Shown here piece after piece: positions 32,048 to 41,949 of a stretch of DNA of 64,000 nt; the first letter of the stretch is position 1, and each line of letters opens with the position of its first letter. Origin of the DNA: Synechococcales cyanobacterium PMM_0082 (GTDB taxonomy: Bacteria; Cyanobacteriota; Cyanobacteriia; Pseudanabaenales; Pseudanabaenaceae). Position numbers and translations under genes: made by a program. The stretch lies in contig CASBQR010000013.1 in the NCBI GenBank assembly GCA_949127865.1, positions 1,277 through 65,276 on the forward strand, in the 5' to 3' direction. The notes beneath the pieces were generated by a model that saw only the letters and a program-made list of their open reading frames with translations, was not told where the DNA came from and ran no database searches.

Positions 32048-32083
32048 CCTTAATTAATAGAGTATGTCTAGTACTTATTTTAA

Positions 32084-33088
32084 TTAATTCCCTATGGAAG
32101 TTTTAGCTAAATCTATGGCTAGGGCGATCGCTGCTTCTAAGCTTTCTGATTTAGCAATACCTTGACCCGCAATATCAAAGGCGGTGCCGTGGTCGGGGGA
32201 TGTGCGGATAAATGGTAAGCCAATTGTAGTATTTACAGCTTGATCAAATGCCAGAAGCTTGACAGGGATTAAGCCCTGATCGTGATAGAGAGCGAGATAG
32301 GCATCATAGCCAAGGTGGGTTTGAGTTGGATTGTGCCATGCCTGACCAGGGTTAACCCACATCGTATCGGGAGGAATTGCGCCTGTAAGCTGAAAATTGG
32401 GATAGAGATCGCACCATGATTGGATTAAAGGATTTAACCATTCTTGTTCTTCGGTTCCAAGCTGTCCTTGTTCGCCACTGTGGGGATTTAGTCCTGCGAT
32501 CGCTACTTTAGCAGTTGTTAATTTGAAATCTGTAAATAGCGACCGTTTTAGTAATTCAAGTTTTTGCTCTATAAGCTCAGGAGTCAAAACCTTCGTAACC
32601 TGTGATAGAGGAATATGTACCGTTGCTAATAGAGTTCTCATGATCCAGTTGGTATAGGGTGATCGAGCAACAAATAACATCCCAAAGTCCTTAGTGCCGC
32701 TACGTTCAGCTAAAAGTTCTGTCTGTCCGGGGTAATGATGCCCAGCTAATTTCCATGCGGATTTGGCGATGGGGGCGGTGACAATACCTTGAAATTTTCC
32801 TGCTAGGGTCTGGGCGATCGCTGTATCGAGATAATTAAAGCTGGCTGCCCCACTATTTTGATTGCCTTCACCAAGGGTAATTTGTAGTTGGGTATTGGTG
32901 TCTAAGATGTCTAGGGAGTCAGGATCGGCAAGGTGAGTGCGAGATTTGAGTTGGTTGTAGGTATTAGTAATAATGGAGCGATCGCCAACTACAGTTAGAT
33001 GGTTATGAGGAAACTTAGTCAGTGCCTTCAAGATAATTTCGGTGCCAATACCCGCAGGATCGCCGATAGTGATTGCCAGCTTTACCAT
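32084..33088 (-). CDS. pdxA: 4-hydroxythreonine-4-phosphate dehydrogenase
   Basis: [40 protein letters not shown]. Confidence 0.96.
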   Translation of the reverse strand: MVKLAITIGDPAGIGTEIILKALTKFPHNHLTVVGDRSIITNTYNQLKSRTHLADPDSLDILDTNTQLQITLGEGNQNSGAASFNYLDTAIAQTLAGKFQGIVTAPIAKSAWKLAGHHYPGQTELLAERSGTKDFGMLFVARSPYTNWIMRTLLATVHIPLSQVTKVLTPELIEQKLELLKRSLFTDFKLTTAKVAIAGLNPHSGEQGQLGTEEQEWLNPLIQSWCDLYPNFQLTGAIPPDTMWVNPGQAWHNPTQTHLGYDAYLALYHDQGLIPVKLLAFDQAVNTTIGLPFIRTSPDHGTAFDIAGQGIAKSESLEAAIALAIDLAKTSIGN

Positions 33089-33111
33089 TTTTTCTTTGGT
33101 GGTTAAATTTT

Positions 33112-34353
33112 TTAGACTTTTTGATTGGAGACTTTTTGATTGGATAAGTGGGCTTGAAAGTATTGTAATCCCTCATCAATTGTTAAAAACAACTCCAAAT
33201 AATTATCAGGCTTGAGCAAATCTTTAATTTCGATCGCCACTTTATCGTCAAATAGCAGCAGCATCGGTTCGGGTTGATTAATTAAATTTAACTGAAGGGA
33301 TAGTAGTTTTAGTTGGGCGATCGCTTTGTGATTAATGCCATAGGTGAGATGATCGGCAGTAAGGTATAGGTGCTTGATATTGCTAATTTGGATGCCACGC
33401 CAAAATGTCAGAGCAATGGCGATCGCGATGGGGATTACTTGCAACCAATTAAACCCAAAACCAGTAAATAGGTCACTGAAATTTATATAGATTATGCCCT
33501 GTGTGCGTTGAATTGTAATTATATTGTCGATAATTCGTCCAAATCTTGCCATAAACTCACTGAGGATCAGCACAAATAGTAAAAATCCCGACTCAATCAG
33601 AACTTTGCCCACGGCATACCAAGAATCCCGCAGTGACCAGTGGGTAAAAATATGCCATTTGTGAGGGGTTTGGTTTAGAGCGATCGCTGATCGATTTAAT
33701 TTATGGTCAATCTGCCAGTTGTGTCTAATTTTCTGATCAATCTGGGTTTGAGCATTTAAAAAGTTAAAGGGAACCTCTAAAGATTGAGCTAAGTCCTTTG
33801 CGGTATTTAAAGCTTTAATAGCTTGGTGCTCCTCATGGATTGGGATGTGTTTACCATTTTCTAAAACCAAGATGATCTGCCAAGGTTGGGCGATCGCGAC
33901 ATTAAACGCATGACTGAAAATTTTAACTTTATGGATGCTGATAGCTACTAGCTTAGAATGATGAAATTTGTGGGACTTTAAGGATTCCAGTTGGTAATAA
34001 TTATCTTTAGTTAAAGTCAGATGTACGGGCAGTTTTTTCGCGTAAATCCGCTTAGAGAGGAGCAAATCCACATACCAGCAACAGCCTAAAAACAGAGTAA
34101 TAGCAGGATAGTACTGACGGAATTTGGAGCTGAGAAGACAGAATACACAAAAAAGGATAAATGCCATCAGATTAATTAGATCTTGTAGGAGATCTGGCTC
34201 TTCTGGAGAATTACCTTGGGTTAGCTCTGACCAAATTAAGTTGTGAATAGATTTGCGAATATAGTCTAAAGCCCGTTTGATTACCGCTATGGGTGCTAGG
34301 AGTGCTGCATAAAATGGCGATCGCTGATCAGAAATATAGCCACTAAATTCCAT
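33112..34353 (-). CDS. Hypothetical membrane protein
   Basis: Long ORF with several TM segments; start moved to ATG 34353 to avoid overlap with the divergent gene. Confidence 0.65.
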   Translation of the reverse strand: MEFSGYISDQRSPFYAALLAPIAVIKRALDYIRKSIHNLIWSELTQGNSPEEPDLLQDLINLMAFILFCVFCLLSSKFRQYYPAITLFLGCCWYVDLLLSKRIYAKKLPVHLTLTKDNYYQLESLKSHKFHHSKLVAISIHKVKIFSHAFNVAIAQPWQIILVLENGKHIPIHEEHQAIKALNTAKDLAQSLEVPFNFLNAQTQIDQKIRHNWQIDHKLNRSAIALNQTPHKWHIFTHWSLRDSWYAVGKVLIESGFLLFVLILSEFMARFGRIIDNIITIQRTQGIIYINFSDLFTGFGFNWLQVIPIAIAIALTFWRGIQISNIKHLYLTADHLTYGINHKAIAQLKLLSLQLNLINQPEPMLLLFDDKVAIEIKDLLKPDNYLELFLTIDEGLQYFQAHLSNQKVSNQKV

Positions 34354-34395
34354 ATCAATACTTCTACCCCATTCGTTAAGTTTTATAATATCTCC

Positions 34396-35283
34396 ATGAA
34401 TACAACTTTTAACATCGAGACATCGGCATATTGGACTTGGCGAGAGCAGAAAATTTATTACGTCCATGCAGGGGATAATCTTACATCTCCACCATTACTT
34501 CTAATCCATGGATTTGGGGCATCCACCGATCACTGGGCTAAAAATATTGCAGAACTTAGTCGTGATTTTGAGGTGTGGGCGATTGACTTACTGGGTTTTG
34601 GGCGATCGGCTAAACCAGATTGGCAATATGGCGGCGATCTATGGCAGGAACAACTCCATGATTTTATTAAAGAAATTATTAAACGTCCTACGGTTTTAGC
34701 GGGGAATTCCATTGGCGGCTATGCTTGTTTAACCGTGGCGGCGGCATATCCCGACTCAGTTGCAGGTGTAATCTTACTCAATTCTGCGGGGGCATTTACG
34801 GATACTAATCCCCTTGGGGTAAGAAAAATTAGTCCTTCCCAAAAGTTTCTGCGCGATCAATCGCAAAATTTATTAAAACAATCTTGGGCAGTTAATTTGC
34901 TATTTCAATTTGTAAAACAGCGATCGCAAATTCGCAAAACCCTACTCAAGGTCTATGTCAATAAATCCGCCGTTACTGATGAGTTGATCGCTAATATTCA
35001 ACGCCCTGCCAATGACAAAGGGGCGATCGATGTCTTTCGTTCTGTATTTTCTAGTCCTCAAGGTAAAAAAGTTGATGAATTATTGCAAACTATGAACTCT
35101 CCGCTTTTGGCAATTTGGGGCGAAGCCGATCCGTGGATGAGTCCTCAAGTTCGAGGTGCTAAGTTTAGGGAATATTACCCAGCTTTAACGGAATACTATA
35201 TTAATTCTGGGCATTGCCCCCATGATGACAGCCCAGAACTTGTTAATCCTTTAATTAGAGATTGGGTAAGAGCATTAGGTTAA
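34396..35283 (+). CDS. Alpha/beta-fold hydrolase
   Basis: LLIHGFGAS, DLLGFG, nucleophile elbow GNSIGG, GHCPHD. Confidence 0.92.
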   Translation: MNTTFNIETSAYWTWREQKIYYVHAGDNLTSPPLLLIHGFGASTDHWAKNIAELSRDFEVWAIDLLGFGRSAKPDWQYGGDLWQEQLHDFIKEIIKRPTVLAGNSIGGYACLTVAAAYPDSVAGVILLNSAGAFTDTNPLGVRKISPSQKFLRDQSQNLLKQSWAVNLLFQFVKQRSQIRKTLLKVYVNKSAVTDELIANIQRPANDKGAIDVFRSVFSSPQGKKVDELLQTMNSPLLAIWGEADPWMSPQVRGAKFREYYPALTEYYINSGHCPHDDSPELVNPLIRDWVRALG

Positions 35284-35471
35284 TGAGGAGTTAACTGGCT
35301 TTGTTTGAAGATACTAATATAGTCCCAAGATTTTTTGTTAAACACCGAGTTCTTTTGAGCATGAGTCCCCAGCTAGAATATACTTAGTTCTCAAGCGCAG
35401 TCATGAACTCACCTTTCGAGTTCTATTTCGAGCAGCTAGCAATCTCAACGTTTACGAAAAGGCTTGGTGTA

Positions 35472-36551
35472 ATGGTTCAAAAAATTGCCTTATTCAACCA
35501 TAAGGGCGGAGTCAGCAAGACCACAACCACATTTAACTTAGGTTGGATGCTTGCATCTAAAGGAAAAAGAGTAATTCTTGTGGATGGCGATCCGCAATGT
35601 AATCTTACAGGTATGGCTTTGGGCGAACAAACTGAGGATGACGAAGCGAGAATTCAAAAAATCTACAATACAACTTCAAATATAAAGACAGGATTAGCAC
35701 CTGCATTTGAATCACAACCGAGAGCAATTGAGGCTGTTGATTGCATTCCAATACAAGGTCAAGATGGATTGTTTTTACTACCTGGTCACGTTGGTTTCGC
35801 TGAGTATGAAGTGGAGCTAGGTATTGCTCAAACATTAAAAACATTAAGTAGCTCGCTTCAAGCGCTGAGAAATCTGCCTGGAGCCATTTACGATTTGCTT
35901 GAAAAAACAGCTCTCAAACTTAATGCAGACTATATTTTGATTGATATGAGTCCAAGCTTAAGTTCAATTAATCAGAATTTGCTGATGATTAGCGACTTCT
36001 TTTTAGTGCCGACTACTGCTGACTTTTTTTCCGTAATGGCTATCGATTCTTTAACTAAAGTGCTTCCAAGATGGCATGCTTGGGCTAAATCAGCAAACTC
36101 ACTTCAAATTTTAAAGGATGCCAACTATCCATTCCCCGAAGTTGATGTACGCTTTTTGGGGACAATTGTTCAAAATTATAGGATTATTGGAGGTAAAGAA
36201 ACTGCTGCATTTCAAACTTGGATTGCAAAAATCGAGCAATCTGTCTCTGAAAATCTAGTTCCGACTTTAACACGTAGCAATATGATGCTACCAAGTCAGG
36301 CTTATCGAGATCAGGGACTTCAAAGCAGCTTATCTCTTGCAAAAATCTCTAACTTCAATAGTTTGATTGCACTATCACAGAACCACAGAACACCTGTGTG
36401 TGCCTTGACTCCTCAGCAATTAGGACAAAAAGGAATTATTCTGGAAGCTAATCAGCAAAAACAGGAGGAATTTAGAAAAATTTTTTCAGATCTGGCAGAC
36501 AAAATTATTACACTAACTTCTAGAAGTGTTGCCTATGCAGTCAGCGCTTGA
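35472..36551 (+). CDS. ParA/Soj-family ATPase (long, non-partition type)
   Basis: FNHKGGVSKTT deviant Walker A, VDGDPQCNLT, YILIDMSPS; start likely ATG 35472; no parB nearby. Confidence 0.88.
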   Translation: MVQKIALFNHKGGVSKTTTTFNLGWMLASKGKRVILVDGDPQCNLTGMALGEQTEDDEARIQKIYNTTSNIKTGLAPAFESQPRAIEAVDCIPIQGQDGLFLLPGHVGFAEYEVELGIAQTLKTLSSSLQALRNLPGAIYDLLEKTALKLNADYILIDMSPSLSSINQNLLMISDFFLVPTTADFFSVMAIDSLTKVLPRWHAWAKSANSLQILKDANYPFPEVDVRFLGTIVQNYRIIGGKETAAFQTWIAKIEQSVSENLVPTLTRSNMMLPSQAYRDQGLQSSLSLAKISNFNSLIALSQNHRTPVCALTPQQLGQKGIILEANQQKQEEFRKIFSDLADKIITLTSRSVAYAVSA

Positions 36552-37344
36552 CCAGTTTCGCATTAGCATTAGTCGAGTCCGAGACCTAATTGCACTTCAT
36601 AATTCTATTCAATCTCAAGCTGCTGTTACAAATGATATTTCAGATATGTTACGTGCTGCATTAGTTCTTGCTGTAAGCGCATTGGATTATTATGTGCATG
36701 AGGTTGTGACGTTGGGAATACTCGAAATTCATCGAGGACAAAGACCTGAACCATCACCTTCAGCAAACACAAATCAATCCGCCTTCTCCCGATTTCAAGT
36801 ATCTTTAGGTGGCGCACGTCAAGATAGACTAACATCGCTTGACATTGCTTCTTGGCTTGAAGATGAAATTCAACAATCTCATGATTATGAATTCCTCGAG
36901 CAATCCTACAAAGTTTCAGAGCTGATGCCATCTATATCAAATAGCATCATCAATCGTCTGAATAATACATCTTGGTTAGAGAGTGAAATTCGAGAGCGTT
37001 TAGGGTATCAGAGCTTTCAACAAGCTGGCAAAATTGCCGATGCAATCAGGTATATTTCAGATAAGAATTTATGGGATGAGGTGGCTATTCTGATGCCTCA
37101 GGCGGTAGCAGATACTAGCCATATTAATGCTCAATCAAATTTAAGGGCAGACAAAACCGCACAAGGTATTAAACAAGAATTAAATTCAATAGTTGATCGA
37201 AGAAATAAAATTGCTCACGAAGCTGACATAAATCCAGCTTTTGGTATTGCAGAGCGTTGGAACATCGATGACATACTTGTTGGTGATGCAGTTGACTTTA
37301 TCGAGATTCTCGTTGAAAGCATCCATATGGTCATCAATGCTTAA
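36535..37344 (+). CDS. HEPN-domain protein (putative RNase toxin)
   Basis: DMLRAALVLAVSALDYYVHE N-terminal HEPN helix and RRNKIAH Rx4H motif; 17-nt overlap with the ParA gene from ATG 36535. Confidence 0.8.
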   Translation: MQSALDQFRISISRVRDLIALHNSIQSQAAVTNDISDMLRAALVLAVSALDYYVHEVVTLGILEIHRGQRPEPSPSANTNQSAFSRFQVSLGGARQDRLTSLDIASWLEDEIQQSHDYEFLEQSYKVSELMPSISNSIINRLNNTSWLESEIRERLGYQSFQQAGKIADAIRYISDKNLWDEVAILMPQAVADTSHINAQSNLRADKTAQGIKQELNSIVDRRNKIAHEADINPAFGIAERWNIDDILVGDAVDFIEILVESIHMVINA

Positions 37345-37428
37345 TTTGCGGGAACCAATATTACATATCGTTACATGTAAAGAGTCTAGTCTTCCGTTTT
37401 GTTTGAGGCTTTGTAAAAAGACAGCCAT
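37331..37428 (-). pseudogene. N-terminal stub of an FkbM-family methyltransferase
   Basis: MAVFLQSLKQNGRLDSLHVTICNIGSRKLSIDD resembles cyanobacterial FkbM N-termini; cut off at the HEPN gene end. Confidence 0.55.
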
Positions 37429-37433
37429 AGAGT

Positions 37434-37864
37434 TTATGTATTTTTAATTGCAATTATATTTAAGCTGAGTTCCATAACCTGATCGGAGCTAATAGGAACT
37501 AGTTCTTGGACATAGGGTTTGTAGCTAAATAGTTGATAGCCTTTATTCCTAAGAAACTCCGCAACGGGTAGACTATTGGTCTGTGTCCCTGATAGGTTCT
37601 CATACATAATAATTGGGGCAAAGTGGTCAAGAATATATTCTGCACCTTGAAAAACACTAATTTCATGTCCTTCAGCATCAACTTTAGAATATCAACGGTT
37701 TGTAGGTTTTCACTTATAACTAAGCTATCTAGGGTAATGGCAGCAACTTCTTCAAAGTTAGTATTTGTGGCTTCTTGATCGGTAATGATCTGATTAAGTT
37801 CGCTAGCAGCACTAATTCCCAATTTGATTGTACCTAGGCGATCGCCAAACAAATACAGCCGCAA
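37434..37864 (-). pseudogene. FkbM-family methyltransferase remnant (5'-truncated, frameshifted)
   Basis: ...ITLDSL...VDILK, frameshift near 37680, then DAEGHEISVFQGAEYILDHFAPIIMYEN...GYQLFSYKP...LNIIAIKNT*. Confidence 0.75.
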
Positions 37865-37867
37865 AAA

Positions 37868-38338
37868 CTAGTCACAGCCCAAAGAATCCCTAGTACTAAC
37901 CCCTGTAAAAGCATTAATACCCTTAGCCTTAGTGCATAGCCATTTGATCTGCGCTCCATCTAGCATGGCATCAGTAAAATCAGCCCCGTCAATCTTGGCA
38001 TAATCAAAAGTACTCCGCAGAAGCAAAGTATCAACCAGAATGGCATCTGTTAGATCGGCATTGGCAAAATCCGTTTGGTCTAGCATTCCTGTGGTGAAAT
38101 TTGCTCTGCTTAAGTTCGCATTCCGCAAAATTGAGGCACTAAAAACGGCTCCGCGTAAATCTGCTCCCGAAAAGTTAGCACTTTCCATATTGGCATTGGC
38201 AAATCCTGAACCTCGCAGTTCTTGTCCCGAAAAATCTCGTCCCTTCAGCGCGCCATGACTAAAAGATAGGGGCGTTGCCGAAACACTGAAAGGGAACCAT
38301 AAAAACAAAGCGATCGCTAATGCCAAGAAAGTTTTCAT
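37868..38338 (-). CDS. Exported pentapeptide-repeat protein
   Basis: Signal peptide, A(D/N)LxG repeats, C-terminal LC...TRDSLGC. Confidence 0.9.
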   Translation of the reverse strand: MKTFLALAIALFLWFPFSVSATPLSFSHGALKGRDFSGQELRGSGFANANMESANFSGADLRGAVFSASILRNANLSRANFTTGMLDQTDFANADLTDAILVDTLLLRSTFDYAKIDGADFTDAMLDGAQIKWLCTKAKGINAFTGVSTRDSLGCD

Positions 38339-38347
38339 CAGAAAAAT

Positions 38348-38535
38348 GGGTTTGAAATCCCGTCTTTTAGGACGGCTTTATATTGTTTTGCTTTTACTAC
38401 CGCCTTGGGGCTACTTTGTTTGGTGTACTTTTGTGTTGTACTTTCAATGGGACAATTACCATCTCAAACATTTTGCCCTGTACGCATAGTGTTTTGCTCT
38501 TTCAAGCCTCATACCTTTAGGCTGAGGTTCCTGAC
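38348..38535 (+). mobile_element. Non-autonomous IS200/IS605-type miniature element
   Basis: Left end gggtttgaaatc-ccgtc-ttttag-gacgg-cttt hairpin; right end ttcaag-cctca-tacctttaggc-tgagg-ttcc-TGAC; both resemble cyanobacterial IS605 ends as I recall them; no transposase. Confidence 0.7.
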
Positions 38536-38551
38536 TTACACTTCCGAAAAA

Positions 38552-39232
38552 TTAAACAGAGAATCCACTATTTTTAGTATTACCTACATCGTTCAGTTCT
38601 ACCGTCTCAATATTTTTCGCAGTTGCTAAATACGCCCCTACCAAATTTGCCCCCATTAGTTTAACTCGACAAATATTTGCCCAATTTAGCTTAGCTTCAG
38701 TCAAATTAGCCCCACTCAAATTAGCATCTGTTAGATCAGCATCACAGAGATTTGCCCTCGTTAAATCGGCATCAGATAGATTTGCCCCCACTAAACTAGC
38801 TCCGCTTAAAATCGCTCCTTGCAAAAAAGCTTTAGTCAAATTTGCTCCACTCAAGTTTGTTTTGGTCAGATTCGCATTAGTCAGAAATGCTTCACTTAAA
38901 TCGGCATTGACTAAGTTTGCTTCACTCAGGTTTGCTTCAATTAATAAAGCTTCACTCAAATTAGTACCTGATAAAGTCGCTTGATTTAAACTTGCCCCAT
39001 TTAGATTAACTTGACATAGCTCAGAGCCACTAAGATTGGCATTATTTAAGTTTACTAAGTTTAGTTCTGCGCCAATCAATCGTACTAGCTCCAGATTCGC
39101 TGAATCCAGATCTGCTTCGATCAGATTAATCTCATTTAAGCTTGCACCCGTGAGATTAATATCCCTAAGCTGAGAACGGCTAAAGTCTCTTTCTCCAGAC
39201 TCATAGCTTTCTAATAGTTGATTGGCATCCAT
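38552..39232 (-). CDS. Pentapeptide-repeat protein
   Basis: MDANQLLESYESGERDFS followed by many A(N/D)LxxA repeats. Confidence 0.92.
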   Translation of the reverse strand: MDANQLLESYESGERDFSRSQLRDINLTGASLNEINLIEADLDSANLELVRLIGAELNLVNLNNANLSGSELCQVNLNGASLNQATLSGTNLSEALLIEANLSEANLVNADLSEAFLTNANLTKTNLSGANLTKAFLQGAILSGASLVGANLSDADLTRANLCDADLTDANLSGANLTEAKLNWANICRVKLMGANLVGAYLATAKNIETVELNDVGNTKNSGFSV

Positions 39233-39272
39233 AGTTATTAACTCTTTAAATTTTTGATAATGCAAATTTTGA

Positions 39273-40340
<1,068 letters not shown>

Positions 40341-40440
40341 TTAAAATTGCAATATAGCTATAGAAATCTCCAATTATTGGGCAATCTAAAGCGAAATTTA
40401 TTGCCAACCTTGAATGATTAGAAAATGATTAGGAAGTTAG

Positions 40441-41061
40441 ATGACAGAAGGGAATAAAACCATAACCCTAGGCGTTTCAGGGGCTTCAGGTATGATCTAT
40501 GCCGTGCGATCGCTAAAATTTTTACTTTCAGCAGGCTATACCGTTGAACTTGTCGCCTCAAAGGCAGCGATCGCTGTCTGGAATTCCGAAAATATCTCTG
40601 CTGGTGGAATGCCCAGTAATCCCAAACAACAGGAAGAATTTTGGCGATCGCAGTGCCAAGAAACTTCAGGTACCTTAACCTGCCATCCTTGGGGAGATAT
40701 AGCCGCTAATATTGCCAGTGGTTCATTTCGGACAATTGGCATGGTCATAATTCCCTGTAGTATGGCAACCGTAGGTAAGATTGCCCAAGGGATTAGCTCC
40801 GACCTATTGGAACGAGCCGCCGATGTGCACCTAAAAGAAGGACGAAAGCTAATCGTAGTGCCTAGGGAGACCCCGTTAAGCTTAATTCATTTACGCAATT
40901 TAACGGCTCTAGCTGAAGCGGGTGCCAGAATTGTTCCTGCTATTCCTGCATGGTATCATCAACCCCAAACCATCAATGATCTGGTGGATTTTGTGGTAGC
41001 GAGGGTATTCGATCAGCTTGATATTGACTCTGATTTAATTAAACGTTGGACAGGCAAATGA
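40441..41061 (+). CDS. ubiX: Flavin prenyltransferase UbiX
   Basis: GVSGASG, IASGS, PCSM, RAADVHLKE, PRETP, WYHQP. Confidence 0.94.
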   Translation: MTEGNKTITLGVSGASGMIYAVRSLKFLLSAGYTVELVASKAAIAVWNSENISAGGMPSNPKQQEEFWRSQCQETSGTLTCHPWGDIAANIASGSFRTIGMVIIPCSMATVGKIAQGISSDLLERAADVHLKEGRKLIVVPRETPLSLIHLRNLTALAEAGARIVPAIPAWYHQPQTINDLVDFVVARVFDQLDIDSDLIKRWTGK

Positions 41062-41453
41062 ACGAACAGAAACGCATAATTGGCTTAGTAATATGGGGAG
41101 TAGCGATCGCCTGTACTCTGGTTTTTGTGTTTCAAAATTTACAGCCTTTAGTTGTTATCTATTTTTTAGGCAAATTCACAATTCCCATTCCCTTAAGTTT
41201 AGGGGTTTTGGCAGCATTTTTGATTGGCGGCATCGGTACTTTTATGATTAACCTCGTATCTTTTTGGCTAAGCGATCGAGATGAGTTTGAAGAGGATATA
41301 GAACCTGAAGAAGCTCCAAAACCCCAACCCCAGCAACCAAAGCAAAAGTCTAATTCAAGCTATAAATCAGAGCCTGTCGATGCAAAATATAACTCCGATG
41401 AATACGATGATGATGATGACGATATAATTGATATTAAATATTTGGATAGGTGA
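41058..41453 (+). CDS. LapA-like small membrane protein with acidic tail
   Basis: Two TM helices around FQN, Asp-rich C-terminus; ATGA overlap with ubiX. Confidence 0.65.
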   Translation: MNEQKRIIGLVIWGVAIACTLVFVFQNLQPLVVIYFLGKFTIPIPLSLGVLAAFLIGGIGTFMINLVSFWLSDRDEFEEDIEPEEAPKPQPQQPKQKSNSSYKSEPVDAKYNSDEYDDDDDDIIDIKYLDR

Positions 41454-41499
41454 CAGCTAGATTTCCAGAGTGTCTCTATATCTTAAGTCTTATATATTT

Positions 41500-41907
41500 A
41501 TGAATTTGCCTTTTCCTCCTTCTCAATTTTTGTTGTATGGCTTAGCGATCGCGGCGGGGTTGGTATATTTTCCCTATATATTTGTGGCATACGCCCGCAT
41601 CACTAACAATTATGATATGAGTGCGCCAAGGGCAATGTTCGATCGCCTACCAGATTATGCTAAACGGGCAACTTGGGCACATCAAAACTCCTTTGAGGTA
41701 TTTATCCTATTTACCGCCGCCGCCCTTATGGTTTACGTCACAGGTAATAGTTCTACCTATACAAATCTATTGGTAGTTGGCTTTTTAGGTTCGAGATTTT
41801 TGTTTAGTGTGGGTTATATTGCCGATATTCCGATTTTGCGATCGCTAATGTGGGCAGTTAGTATGACAGCGATCGCGAGTTTAATGACCCGTAGCTTTGG
41901 GATTTAA
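41500..41907 (+). CDS. MAPEG-family membrane protein
   Basis: APRAMFDRLPDYAKRATWAHQNSFE. Confidence 0.88.
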   Translation: MNLPFPPSQFLLYGLAIAAGLVYFPYIFVAYARITNNYDMSAPRAMFDRLPDYAKRATWAHQNSFEVFILFTAAALMVYVTGNSSTYTNLLVVGFLGSRFLFSVGYIADIPILRSLMWAVSMTAIASLMTRSFGI

Positions 41908-41949
41908 ACAATTTTCAAATTTTTTAACTTGCTTTTTTAACTTGCTTTT

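Noticed and set aside
23553-32083. Absence of rpsJ, rpsN and rpmD from the operon
   Set aside because: Normal for cyanobacteria: rpsJ and rpsN lie elsewhere and L30 is generally absent.
38405-38629. 74-aa plus-strand ORF
   Set aside because: Spans the IS605 miniature and runs antisense into the pentapeptide gene; not a credible protein.
37868-39232. Periodic 15-nt repeats
   Set aside because: Explained by pentapeptide-repeat coding sequence.
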